DNA of 40,566 nt from an uncultured archaeon (lineage in GTDB: Archaea > Asgardarchaeota > Lokiarchaeia > Sigyniarchaeales > SOKP01): the NCBI GenBank assembly GCA_964447495.1, contig CAYUTF010000022.1, positions 1 through 40,566 of the forward strand. Reading direction: 5' to 3'. Below, piece after piece: positions 9,919 through 19,727 of the stretch; position 1 is the stretch's first letter; each line of letters opens with the position of its first letter. The position numbers and the translations under genes are program-made. The notes under the pieces were generated by a model. The model saw only the letters and a list, made by a program, of their open reading frames with translations. It did no database searches and was not told the DNA's origin.

Positions 9919-10092
9919 TTTTTTTTTCTCTTTTTTTGTGTGTAGAAGAAACAAAAAAATCACTATAATTAACAAAAATTGTTTATTAAATATGAAAATA
10001 TTTTGATTAGAGCGAATAGCTTTTATTAATTTATTGCTAAACGTAAATCGTAGGTAGTAAAATTTAATAATATCAAAAAATTTCTTTTATGA

Positions 10093-11256
10093 ATGTTATA
10101 TCAAGGATTAAGCAAACACGATTTGCTTAAGATATTAGATAAGAAATTATCTAATGATAATTCTTATGATTCAGGGTACATATTAGGCTCAATGTGTTCA
10201 AAAACTCCCGAATTTGTAAAAGATATATATGTTAAATACATTGATAAAAATCTGGGAGATCCCGGATTATTTAAAGGTACTAATCAGTTAGAGATAGAAG
10301 TTGTTAACGATATTGGTCAATTATTTGGAGGAAATAATATTGTTGGAACCATTACGACGGGTGGTACAGAATCAAATTTAATCGCCATGCTAATTGCTAA
10401 AAAATTAAGACCAGATATAAAGGAACCAGAAATTGTTATTTCAAAAGCAGGACATATTTCATTTGACAAAGCGGCTGATATGATGAATTTGAAAATAAAA
10501 AAAGCAAACCTTACTAACAATTATGATTTGGATTTTAATCATTTTAAATCATTAATTAATGAAAATACCTGTGCCGTAATCGGTATCGCCGGAACAACTT
10601 CGCTTGGAAAAGTAGATCCTATTGACAAAATTGGGGATTACGTTAATGGAAAGGATATCTTTTTTCATATCGATGCCGCATATGGTGGTTTCGTTTTACC
10701 TTTTCTAAAACATTTAAATTATAAAGTCTCCCCTTGGGATTTTAGCGTTAAATCAGTGGATTCCATTACCGCAGATCCACATAAAATGGGATTAGGAATT
10801 ATCCCTTCTGGAGGGTTATTTCTCAGAGATAACCCTGCTCTAGAAGATATAGGTGTTAGTATGCCATATTTAGCGGGAGGTGACTTTACGCATATCAATA
10901 TCGTAGGAACACGATCAGGCGCTCCAGTAATAGCTTTCTGGTCAATATTAAATTATTTTGGCATAAAAGGTTTTAAGGAAATAATCAAAGGATGTATGGA
11001 TAAGACCAAATTACTCGTAGAATTACTCACAGAAATAGAAGGAGTAACTCTCGCAACCGAACCTGATATGAATATAGTTGGGATTAAACCTTCAAAAGGC
11101 AGAAACTTATTAGAAATTGATCAAGCATTACGTAAAAGAAATTGGATGGTTGCCACTCACCCCGATTTTAATATAATAAGGATCGTAGTAATGCCTCATG
11201 TTCAAGAACATCATTTAATACAATTTTCTGAAGATTTAAAAGATATTTTAAAATAA
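10093..11256 (+). CDS. mfnA: PLP-dependent L-tyrosine/L-aspartate decarboxylase (MfnA)
   Basis: ILGSMC, NLGDPGLF, GGTESN, HISFDKA, HIDAAYGG, DPHK (PLP lysine), GTRSG and RIVVMPH motifs. Confidence 0.92.
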   Translation: MLYQGLSKHDLLKILDKKLSNDNSYDSGYILGSMCSKTPEFVKDIYVKYIDKNLGDPGLFKGTNQLEIEVVNDIGQLFGGNNIVGTITTGGTESNLIAMLIAKKLRPDIKEPEIVISKAGHISFDKAADMMNLKIKKANLTNNYDLDFNHFKSLINENTCAVIGIAGTTSLGKVDPIDKIGDYVNGKDIFFHIDAAYGGFVLPFLKHLNYKVSPWDFSVKSVDSITADPHKMGLGIIPSGGLFLRDNPALEDIGVSMPYLAGGDFTHINIVGTRSGAPVIAFWSILNYFGIKGFKEIIKGCMDKTKLLVELLTEIEGVTLATEPDMNIVGIKPSKGRNLLEIDQALRKRNWMVATHPDFNIIRIVVMPHVQEHHLIQFSEDLKDILK

Positions 11257-11280
11257 ATTCTAATTTTACTTTTGAAGCTT

Positions 11281-11580
11281 CTATTTTTTTAAGTTCTTTA
11301 TCTTCTTTCGAATTGACTTAAACTGTTTTTTATCTCCTGAAACTAAATGACAGATATACTTTTGATATGCTTCTATTGCTTCTTCATACTTCCCTAGTTT
11401 TTCAAAAAACTCTTCTAAGGCTTCATAACCTTCGGTACATTTTGAATCAATCTCTAAAGTTTTCTCAAATTGAGCAATTGCTTTATCATAATCCTGCAAA
11501 CTCTCATATATTTTGCTAATCCCCATATTAAATTCGAGAGAATTTGATTTCAATTTTAACGCTTCTTCGTATTTCTTTAA
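11281..11580 (-). pseudogene. 5'-truncated TPR-repeat protein remnant
   Basis: TPR-like LKKYEEALKLK...YDKAIAQFEKTLEID...LGKYEEAIEAYQK. The frame is closed upstream by TGA at 11581-11583 in the middle of a repeat. Confidence 0.6.
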
Positions 11581-11995
11581 TCAGAATCGAATATATGATC
11601 AAATGTACGCAATATTAAAAGGGAAACAATCAACAAGAAACACAAAACGAGCAGAAAGCAGCATAATAGTTAATGAGCTAAGTAATTTCAAAATAAAAGC
11701 TGGAGATATTCATTTAAAGATATGATATCAGATATTAAAGAAGGTTATTTCATTGATAAGTTATCGTGGTTAAATCTAGATAATGTATCGGGTAATTTTG
11801 GTGCAGGAATAAGAAGCGGATATTATAGTAAAAAGGGAGAGTTCCAAAATCAAAAAAAAAAAAAAACTAGGAAATGTAAGCGGTAATGTCCTTGAAATGA
11901 TGGAAAATTGCGTATATATCTCTAAAGAGCGTGAATTTACTGAAAACACACTTTTTGCATATATATTGTTTAAGAATTTAAATTTCTCTTCTTAA
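11581..11995 (+). pseudogene. C-terminal fragment of a PmbA/TldE-family protein, frameshifted
   Basis: Across frames it reads IYDQMYA...STRN...SNFKIKAGD / DMISDIKEGYFI...VSGNFGAGIRSGYY.KKGE / GNVSGNVLEMM...ISKERE...YILFKNLNFSS*. Frameshifts near 11712 and at the A15 run (11852-11866). Confidence 0.75.
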
Positions 11996-12119
11996 AATCA
12001 GAAAATTACTATTTTTACAATTACTTTTTTTATAATCCTAGCGCTTTGGCAGCATTAATTCCAAAAATTTTATCTTTTTTTTTTCATTTTATTATAAATA
12101 AACAAAATTATGAATAAAG

Positions 12120-12875
12120 ATGAAGGTTCTAATAAGTATTCGTTCACCTGAAGAATTAAGTTCCTGTATAGAAGGTGGAGCAGATATCATTGATTTAAAG
12201 AATCCTAATGAAGGATCTCTTGGTGCAGCTGCTCCATGGTTCATTAAAGAAGTTAAAGAAAGAGTTAAAGGATATCCTGTTAGTGCTGCAATTGGAGACA
12301 TGCCTAACTTACCAGGAACTGCTGCTTTAGCCGCAGTTGGGGCTGCTGTTTCTGGAGCGGATTATATAAAAGTTGGGTTATATGGAACTCATACTGAAGA
12401 TGAATGTATAAAGTTGATGAGTGAAGTTGTAAAAGCAATAAGAAAGCAGAATCCAAAAATAGTTATCGTTGGTGCTGGCTTTGCTGACGCAGAATCCTAT
12501 GGTGGAATTGACCCAATGAAAATACCAAGAATTATTAAAGCTGCTGGTGCTGATATTGCAATGTTAGACACGAAAAATAAAAATGGAAAAAGGTTGTTTG
12601 ACTTCTTAAGTTTAGATAAATTAAACCATTTTGTTGATGAATCTCATAGATTAGGCTTGCAAGCCGCTCTTGCTGGTTCACTCTGCGCTGAAGATCTTAC
12701 AACTATATATAATTTAGGAACTGATGTAACCGGTTTTAGAGGTGCGGCTTGCAGTAAAAATGATAGAAAGAACGGAGTAATTACAACTGAACGTGTATTA
12801 AAATTGATGAATATTGCTAAAAATTTAAATCTGCAATCAAAATTATCTATCAAAACTCAATTAATCGGAATTTAA
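12120..12875 (+). CDS. mfnB: (5-formylfuran-3-yl)methyl phosphate synthase (MfnB, 4-HFC-P synthase), copy 1
   Basis: LISIRS, GGADIIDLKNPNEGSLGA, VSAAIGD, DYIKVGL, MLDTKNK, ALAGSL and GFRGAAC motifs. Confidence 0.92.
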   Translation: MKVLISIRSPEELSSCIEGGADIIDLKNPNEGSLGAAAPWFIKEVKERVKGYPVSAAIGDMPNLPGTAALAAVGAAVSGADYIKVGLYGTHTEDECIKLMSEVVKAIRKQNPKIVIVGAGFADAESYGGIDPMKIPRIIKAAGADIAMLDTKNKNGKRLFDFLSLDKLNHFVDESHRLGLQAALAGSLCAEDLTTIYNLGTDVTGFRGAACSKNDRKNGVITTERVLKLMNIAKNLNLQSKLSIKTQLIGI

Positions 12876-13040
12876 AAATTATTTTTCTAATTTTTTATAG
12901 ATTAGAGTAACCAAAATCCAAGTGAAATAGGTCCCAAATCTTTTAGAATATATATCTTCTATTTCTATATTATTTAATTTCATATGAAATCCTTTCTAAA
13001 TAATTAATATCTATTATTCTTTATTTTCATTCAAATATAT

Positions 13041-13066
13041 GCGTTATGCATAGGGAAACATAACGC
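13041..13066. promoter_or_regulatory. Palindromic operator resembling a ModE (molybdate/tungstate regulator) box
   Basis: GCGTTATG-CATAGGGAAA-CATAACGC: perfect 8-bp GC-containing arms in an AT-rich spacer about 140 bp upstream of the ferredoxin-AOR operon. The CG-to-CG span of 24 bp matches the ModE consensus CGnTATATA-N6-TATATAnCG. Confidence 0.65.
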
Positions 13067-13207
13067 CTCCTTCCAATCTCCTTCACAAATCATCATCAAG
13101 TTTAAATCTAATTTTTGATTATTAATAATTAATTATTATTTTTTGAATATTTATTCAGAATAGTAATAATTCCATCTTAAAACAACAACAAAAAAGATCG
13201 ATAAAAG

Positions 13208-13462
13208 ATGTCAACGGTAAGTATTAGACATGTTATGCAGAAGTGCTATGCATGCAGGACATGCGAATTAGCATGCTCATATCACCACACAGGGTCATTC
13301 CAACCTTCAAAATCTAGTATATCTGTTGAAAGAGATCATATTAACGGAGAATGGAAGTGGAGTTTGGATGATTCATGTGATTTATGTGAAAATGAAGCTG
13401 AACCTTTATGTGTGAAATATTGTTTTTATGATGCAATCGTTATTGAAGGAGGGGATAAATAA
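13208..13462 (+). CDS. 4Fe-4S dicluster small subunit associated with the AOR-family enzyme
   Basis: CYACRTCELAC and CDLC...PLCVKYC motifs; ends 2 nt before the AOR start. Confidence 0.88.
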   Translation: MSTVSIRHVMQKCYACRTCELACSYHHTGSFQPSKSSISVERDHINGEWKWSLDDSCDLCENEAEPLCVKYCFYDAIVIEGGDK

Positions 13463-13464
13463 AA

Positions 13465-15384
13465 ATGCCTGAATTCAATATTAAAGGAGGTATAACTGGT
13501 AAAATCCTTCGTGTTGATTTAAGTGCTGGCAAGACAAGAGTAGAAGACAACGTCTATGCTAAACGATGGATAGGTGGTCGTGCTATTCAAAGCTGGATTT
13601 TATTAAATGAGACAAAACCTGATACTAAATGGTCAGATCCAGAAAATTTATTGATGTTTGGTGCAGGACCTTTTGTAGGCACGCTTATACCTGCAACTTG
13701 CAGAACTACTCTTGATACGATACATGTATTCAATAATGGAAAGGGTTCCTCTAACTTAGGTGGTCATTTTAGTCCTCAAGTTAAATATGCTGGTTTTGAT
13801 CATATTATTGTTAAAGGAAAATCCGATAAACCAGTTTATTTGTATGTATCCGATGGAAAGGCAGAGATTCGTGATGCTTCTCATCTTTGGGGAAAAACAA
13901 CCTATGAGACTGAAGAAACATTGAAAAAAGAATTAAACGATAATAAAATTGAAGTTGCTTGTATAGGTCCCTCTGGAGAGAATCTGGTACGTGGGTCAGC
14001 AATAATTGTTGATTGTGCAAGAGCTGCTGGCGGATCTGGAATGGGTTGCATTATGGGTGACAAGAAACTCAAAGCCGTTGTTGTTAGAGGTCATGGCTCA
14101 GTGAAAGTAGCTCATCCAGAAAAGTTAATGGAACGAGTGGATCAAGCATTTAAAAAAATCATGTCTCAACCTACAGCAAAATTCTTTAGACGAGTTACTC
14201 TTGCGGGGATGGTGTATAATGATAAAGAGCAATTTGATGCTCTTTTTGAAATGATGCATACTACTAGAAATGCTCAAGATGTTCACTGGACTCGAGAACA
14301 ACGCACAAAAATGTTAGGCAAAGAAGGAGTTCCGAAGTATCAAACTAAAGTCCAAGCATGTGCTATTTGCCCTGTTGGATGTCAACCATTTTCTGAAATA
14401 AAGGAAGGAAAATATGCAGGTACCAAGGGTTTAGGCTGGTGGATTAATGGATGTTTATGGAATGCTAAGATGGATATAACTGATCCCGACGGTGGTCTTT
14501 ATTACTATTTAAAAGCAAATCAATTAGGTTTAGATGGAGATGACTCCTCTGTCGCAATAGCATGGGCGTTTGAAGCTTACGAAAAAGGATTGCTCACTAA
14601 GGAAGATACTGATGGTTTAGAACTTACATGGGGAAATACTGCTGCTGCTATAGCATTACAAGAAAAGGTCGCTCGACGTGAAGGCTTTGGTGATTTTTTG
14701 GCTGACGGTGTAGTTGCAGCTGCTAAAAAATTAGGAAAAGGTTCGGAGAAATTTGCAATACATCAGAAAGGACAAGATTCTTTAGATCCATATCGATTAG
14801 CAAAATGCTGGTCTTTAGCATGTGCTACTTCACCTATTGCGGGTAGACACATGCGAGGTTCCCTAAATGTAGATCAAGCTTTTGGTCCTAAAGGTGTAAA
14901 ATTCAATCCATTTTCTTATAAAGATGCTCCACCAATGGTATTCTGGGAATTACGAACAAAAGAAATAGAAGATATGTTAGGAATATGTGTTTATGTTGGC
15001 ACATGGTCAGGTGTATATGCTCTTGAACCATCAGATTACGTAGATTTAATGGACGCAGCTTTAGGTATCAATATTACTGTAGATGATTTGATGCTTCAAG
15101 GTCAAAGAACCTATAACTTAGAAAAAGCGTTCAATACCATCCATGTTGGTTTTACAAGAGAAGCTGATTTACCCCATCGAAGGTTTTTTGAAGATCCAAT
15201 CCTTTCAGGTCCACAGAAAGGAGTAACATTGGATAAGGCCAAATATAACGAAATGTTAGATGCATTTTACGAACTTCATGGCTGGGATAAAAAGACCGGT
15301 TGGCAAACAAGAGAAACTCTTGAAAAATTAGGTATGAGCGATCTCGCTAAAATGTTAGCTGATGCTGGCAGATTAATCGAATAA
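13465..15384 (+). CDS. Aldehyde:ferredoxin oxidoreductase family (tungstopterin) enzyme
   Basis: GKILRVDLS, IGGR, DPENLLMFGAGP, SNLGGHF, CIGPSGEN, GMGCIMGDKKLKA, CAICPVGC Fe-S motif, GLD and YELHGWD. Confidence 0.93.
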   Translation: MPEFNIKGGITGKILRVDLSAGKTRVEDNVYAKRWIGGRAIQSWILLNETKPDTKWSDPENLLMFGAGPFVGTLIPATCRTTLDTIHVFNNGKGSSNLGGHFSPQVKYAGFDHIIVKGKSDKPVYLYVSDGKAEIRDASHLWGKTTYETEETLKKELNDNKIEVACIGPSGENLVRGSAIIVDCARAAGGSGMGCIMGDKKLKAVVVRGHGSVKVAHPEKLMERVDQAFKKIMSQPTAKFFRRVTLAGMVYNDKEQFDALFEMMHTTRNAQDVHWTREQRTKMLGKEGVPKYQTKVQACAICPVGCQPFSEIKEGKYAGTKGLGWWINGCLWNAKMDITDPDGGLYYYLKANQLGLDGDDSSVAIAWAFEAYEKGLLTKEDTDGLELTWGNTAAAIALQEKVARREGFGDFLADGVVAAAKKLGKGSEKFAIHQKGQDSLDPYRLAKCWSLACATSPIAGRHMRGSLNVDQAFGPKGVKFNPFSYKDAPPMVFWELRTKEIEDMLGICVYVGTWSGVYALEPSDYVDLMDAALGINITVDDLMLQGQRTYNLEKAFNTIHVGFTREADLPHRRFFEDPILSGPQKGVTLDKAKYNEMLDAFYELHGWDKKTGWQTRETLEKLGMSDLAKMLADAGRLIE

Positions 15385-15425
15385 TTTTTTTTATTTTCAG
15401 TATTTAATTTTTTCTTTTTTTTTTT
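15385..15425 (+). terminator. Oligo-T tracts, probable archaeal terminator
   Basis: Several T runs immediately after the AOR stop codon. Confidence 0.5.
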
Positions 15426-15466
15426 AACATTTCTCTGATAGTCGGATAACCGACATAATTTGAGAT

Positions 15467-16773
15467 TTACCCGATCACCTCCCGTGATTTTTTTTCTAAA
15501 GATAAAAATGCCTTCTTCAAGCTATCTTGATTTTGATTCAAGGTCCAAGTTTTAAATACTCGATCTTTTGCTTGTGATTTTTTTATGAGCATTTTATTCA
15601 TCTTCCACGAATTGTATAAAAGTATTCGAGCCAATATGTCTAAATAGCGCACTTTATCATGATTTAACTTCCATCGCCAATTAATTCGATTTAAGTCGGA
15701 AAACCCCGTCTCGATGAGCCAACGCTTATGATAAAATAGTGATATACGGGACGCCCATGAGCTAGTCTTGCCTTTAGGCTTCTTGGTAGTCATTATGATA
15801 AAAATTATATGATTGGCATCCTTTAGGGATATTCTTCCCCTCTGATAATCTCTCTTGACCCCTAGAAGTGAAAAACCCCGTTTCGCTTTTATTATGAGGT
15901 AAGCATTGGTAAAAAATCGACATTTTGCCTCGGTAGCACTAGAAAACGTGTATTTCCTCACCCGTCCTTTTTTTCCTTCCAAATATTCCGTTATAAATTG
16001 CTTGATCTTTTTATACTGCTTTGCAGGAATTAGTATATTGCCACCCATTCCCTTAATTTCGTCAAATAGTTCTGTTTTATAAAACTCTCAATTCATCAAC
16101 ACGTACTTTAACTCAAATCCCAAGTTTAGCAAGTGATCGAGAAAAGTTATAATAATTGGGATTTTAGATTGCCCCGTTGCCACCTGTTCTAATCCTGCGT
16201 ATAAATGGACTCCTCGAGAAAGAAGCGAAAATCCAAGATAATGACGCATTTTTTTGTTCCTTTCTGCCGGTTTGCTCCCTTTATCATTTTATCCTCTCGA
16301 GATCCATAATATGAATGCTCCGTGAAATCTATCAATACATTTACTTTCCGTGAAATGAGATCAAAAATTAAAGCTTCCTGTAATTGGTCATCTATACATT
16401 CTCGCAAAATTTTGCGTGCTTTTTGAAAGCCAATCTTGCGTAAATGTTTATTTACCTCGGTTTGATGCGGTGCAAATCGTTTTTGCCGTCTATCCGCAAA
16501 TCTTTTCTGTCTTCCCTTTTTATGACTCAAATAATGAACATTGAGCATTTCGCTGGTCTCATGAATTGATCTGCTGGTAATCTCAGAAAGGAAAAATACC
16601 TTTAAAAAATCAATATCCTCATATCTTGCGTTTTTAGCTCTTTTAAGCCTCCACGTGCGAGATTCGATTGCAGTACAAAACTTTTTAAAAAATGCCATCA
16701 TATATTCATCAGAAAGAAGTGATTTAACTCCTAATTTCTTAATTGAGGTAGGAGATATTTTATTTATTGGCAT
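15467..16773 (-). mobile_element. Degenerate ISH3-like (IS4 superfamily) DDE transposase
   Basis: LIDFTEHSYYG (first D), a frameshift at the A7 run near 16250, YVLMN*EF in place of the expected MDREF-type second D (TGA at 16088-16090), and YHKRWLIETGF (E). Element ends not securely identified. Confidence 0.8.
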
Positions 16774-16977
16774 AAATAAATAATATCACTTCTTTCTAAT
16801 AAATTTAGCGATATTAAATCAAATAATTAAATTAAATAAAAACGATATTTTGAAACAATTATTAAGTTATAAAATTAAATAGAACAAGTTTCAGTTCATT
16901 AGGATCCAGACTTCAAAATCCTTTGATACTATTATTATTTTCATTATTTTTTATTATTTATATAAAAAAAAGATTTA

Positions 16978-17691
16978 TTAAATTAAATTATGTACAAAAT
17001 TCATTATATTAGCGACTTTATTTTCACTTATCACTCCATTTTTTCTATCATTTTCACTGCAAACGGCACCCCGAAATCCTGTAATATCTGTATTTAATTT
17101 GTAGATTACTGATAAATCATCCTTCTGAAGAGACCCTGCTAATGCTGCTAATAAACCTCGTTTATGGGCTTCTTTTGTGAATATTTTTAATTTATCATAA
17201 TTTAAAAAATCAAATAATTTTTTATTTTTTTTAGTAATTGTATCTAGCATTGCAATATCAGCTCCTGCGTTTTTGACTAATTTTGGAATCTTCAATGGAT
17301 TAATTCCACCAAAATTTATCGCATCACCATATCCCGCACCAACAATCATAATATTTGAATTGTATTCTTTAACAGCTTTTACAACAGTAGTTAATAATTT
17401 TAATCCTTCTTCATAAGAATAAGTACCATATAATCCTACTTTTATGTAGTCTACATTAAATACCGCTGCACCTATAGCAGCTAAAGCTGCCGTACATGGT
17501 AAATTCGGCATATCACCTATAGCAGCACTAATTAAATAATTGGGAGCCAATTCTCTAATATGCTTAATAAATAAAGGACAGGCAGCACCTAAAGATCCTT
17601 CTTCAGGGTTCTTAAGATCTATAATATCTGCTCTGCCTTTCATGGCGGCAGATAATTCTTCTGAAGATCTTATACTAATTAGAATTTTCAC
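16978..17691 (-). CDS. mfnB: MfnB (4-HFC-P synthase), copy 2
   Basis: Same motifs as 12120-12875 (DIIDLKNPEEGSLGA, SAAIGDMPNLP, YIKVGL, ALAGSL, TGFRGAVC); GTG start. Confidence 0.9.
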   Translation of the reverse strand: MKILISIRSSEELSAAMKGRADIIDLKNPEEGSLGAACPLFIKHIRELAPNYLISAAIGDMPNLPCTAALAAIGAAVFNVDYIKVGLYGTYSYEEGLKLLTTVVKAVKEYNSNIMIVGAGYGDAINFGGINPLKIPKLVKNAGADIAMLDTITKKNKKLFDFLNYDKLKIFTKEAHKRGLLAALAGSLQKDDLSVIYKLNTDITGFRGAVCSENDRKNGVISENKVANIMNFVHNLI

Positions 17692-17724
17692 TTATTATTT
17701 ACCTATCTCATATAAATTATTATA

Positions 17725-18789
17725 TTAATGAACAGGTACTCCTATTCCTGCGCCACCAATAGGTATCTCTTCTCCAAGTGCTTTTTGTACTAACATTATT
17801 ATGTGATAAGGTTCCATACCCATTTGTTTAGAAGTTCCTCTCATAACTGCGGTACATATAGGACAAAACATTACATATACTTCAGCTCCAGCATCTTTAG
17901 CATCTTGAAGATTCAAACTTACATTATCCATAGCTCTATCATGTTGGGTAGGAAATATACCTGAATTGCAGCACATACTATTTAATTTTTGATATTTTCG
18001 TTCTACAATTTCGCAGCCAAGTAATTCAAAAGTCTGTTCAACCCAATCATAAAAATCTTCCTTCAGTTCTCCATGAGGATTATATCTTGTAGTACATGGA
18101 CGTTGATAAGCAACTTTAAGATTGAGAGGTGTAATAAGATCTTTATGTTCAAGGAGCCAGTTACGAATATATTCCATCAAATGTGTAGCCTTAAATGGTA
18201 CTTCAAGCATCATTGATAACGCTTCAGCCGTCACAAAACCCCAGCAAGCATCATGATAAAAAATTATTTCCCTAAATCCCGTGTCGCTTAAATTCTTTAT
18301 TAATGAAGGCAAATTTTCTAAACAAGAATTGGCGTCACACATATGGGTTTCAGGAGCTCTGCAACAATATGAACCTCCCATAATTAGTGATAATCCATTA
18401 AATAACTTTCCTTTAAAAACTTTTTCATAGGGAAGAGCATCAGCAAATCCCCCTATTGATAAAGCAGGTTTGTTAGGATCTCCTTTTATAATTCTATCCT
18501 CTTTTGCTGCCCATCCTAAAGCTGTTTGCTTGGCTTTTTCTGGATATATGTAGAGTCCAGTCTTTTGTTGCATTTGATTAATTAAATCCCATGGGTTTGC
18601 TCCTAAAGGGCAATATTCATTACATCCATAACATGTCACACATTTAGCTAATATATCAGCAGGTTGTTGATGAATTAATTTTGCCATATCTGCTTTAGCT
18701 TGTTGCTCATCATAATCAACAAACTGACACATTGCTAGACATTCTCCTTTACATTTTCTAAAATCACATCTTCTTAGATCAAATACCAC
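17725..18789 (-). CDS. Fe-S oxidoreductase with N-terminal 4Fe-4S and C-terminal CCG-like domains (HdrD/GlpC-related)
   Basis: CDFRKCKGECLAMC, CVTCYGCNEYCP, YCC, YQRPC, MCC and CPIC motifs. Confidence 0.82.
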   Translation of the reverse strand: MVFDLRRCDFRKCKGECLAMCQFVDYDEQQAKADMAKLIHQQPADILAKCVTCYGCNEYCPLGANPWDLINQMQQKTGLYIYPEKAKQTALGWAAKEDRIIKGDPNKPALSIGGFADALPYEKVFKGKLFNGLSLIMGGSYCCRAPETHMCDANSCLENLPSLIKNLSDTGFREIIFYHDACWGFVTAEALSMMLEVPFKATHLMEYIRNWLLEHKDLITPLNLKVAYQRPCTTRYNPHGELKEDFYDWVEQTFELLGCEIVERKYQKLNSMCCNSGIFPTQHDRAMDNVSLNLQDAKDAGAEVYVMFCPICTAVMRGTSKQMGMEPYHIIMLVQKALGEEIPIGGAGIGVPVH

Positions 18790-18829
18790 TTTTTATCACT
18801 TCCACTTTTTATCATTTCCACTTTTTATT
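18786..18829. repeat. 16-bp tandem repeat (about 2.7 copies) overlapping the GTG start of the Fe-S gene
   Basis: ccactttttatcactt / ccactttttatcattt / ccactttttatt. Confidence 0.85.
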
Positions 18830-18901
18830 TTTTTTATATTTTTTAATTTGGGCATATTTTTATTATTTTTTAAAAAAAAAAATATTTATTTTTCATAATT
18901 T

Positions 18902-19216
18902 TCAATCGAATGGTTTTTTTTTTGTTTTATAACGCTCAATTGCTTTATCCACATATTTAGTCATTTGAACAGCATCAACTATGCACGCTTCTACACAATT
19001 TCCACATCCTAAACAATAATCTGGATATATAAGCCATGCAACTGGAACTTTTCGATTTAATCCCAATAATTCAATACAAGAATTTGGACATGCTGTTATG
19101 CAATCTCCACACCCTTCACACATAAATGGCATAAACCAAGGAAATTGTGTTGGTTTTTTTTTAGGTTTTTTTCTAATTATTTCTTTTTTGTCATCATTTT
19201 GATTGTATAGCGTCAA
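18902..19216 (-). CDS. 2x[4Fe-4S] ferredoxin-like protein
   Basis: CEGCGDCITACP and CLGCGNCVEAC motifs. Confidence 0.88.
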   Translation of the reverse strand: MTLYNQNDDKKEIIRKKPKKKPTQFPWFMPFMCEGCGDCITACPNSCIELLGLNRKVPVAWLIYPDYCLGCGNCVEACIVDAVQMTKYVDKAIERYKTKKKPFD

Positions 19217-19294
19217 TTATTTCCAGACCTTAATTAGTTATTCCTTTTCAACTTTTTTAATATCGATATATCTAAAAGAATATTTAGAATTTTA

Positions 19295-19714
19295 TTATTT
19301 TTTTGGCAAATCTTTCCACAAATTACTTTCCCAAGCATCAAGTTCTTGCGGAGTTTTAAGATCAAGTCGTAGACCAGCATAACATCCAGGTTTAGTGCAA
19401 TACAGTTCTAAAAGTTTAACCGTTAAAAATATTGTGTCTCCTTTTTGTTTTGCTTTTCCTTGACCTTTAAATTGATAACAAAATCGAATACTACCAATCC
19501 CAGAAACACCAAAAGCAACCCATGAATTTTCTGATAAAGGTTCTTTAATCACTGAATATTCATCTCTAGTAAGAGCAAATATAACTTCATCATCTGAAAC
19601 GGAATCTATATTTCTTGCAACAGTTACATGTGGTATTCCTTTTTTATCAGCTACATTTAGATGACATCCTGTCTTTATCCATTCTTTCATTCTATTTGTT
19701 AAAATTATTCCCAT
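19295..19714 (-). CDS. Pyridoxamine 5'-phosphate oxidase-like (FMN split-barrel) protein
   Basis: HLNVADKKGIPHV...LSENSWVAF...YQFKG...YCTKPG pattern. Confidence 0.7.
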   Translation of the reverse strand: MGIILTNRMKEWIKTGCHLNVADKKGIPHVTVARNIDSVSDDEVIFALTRDEYSVIKEPLSENSWVAFGVSGIGSIRFCYQFKGQGKAKQKGDTIFLTVKLLELYCTKPGCYAGLRLDLKTPQELDAWESNLWKDLPKK

Positions 19715-19727
19715 TTTTATACACCTC

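Noticed and set aside
16240-16260. Programmed -1 frameshift at A AAA AAA in the transposase
   Set aside because: The downstream frame also has a nonsense codon and has lost a catalytic Asp, so decay is the simpler explanation.
15434-16915. Terminal inverted repeats for the IS (ctgatagtcggat versus atccagacttca)
   Set aside because: The match needs two gaps and I saw no target duplication.
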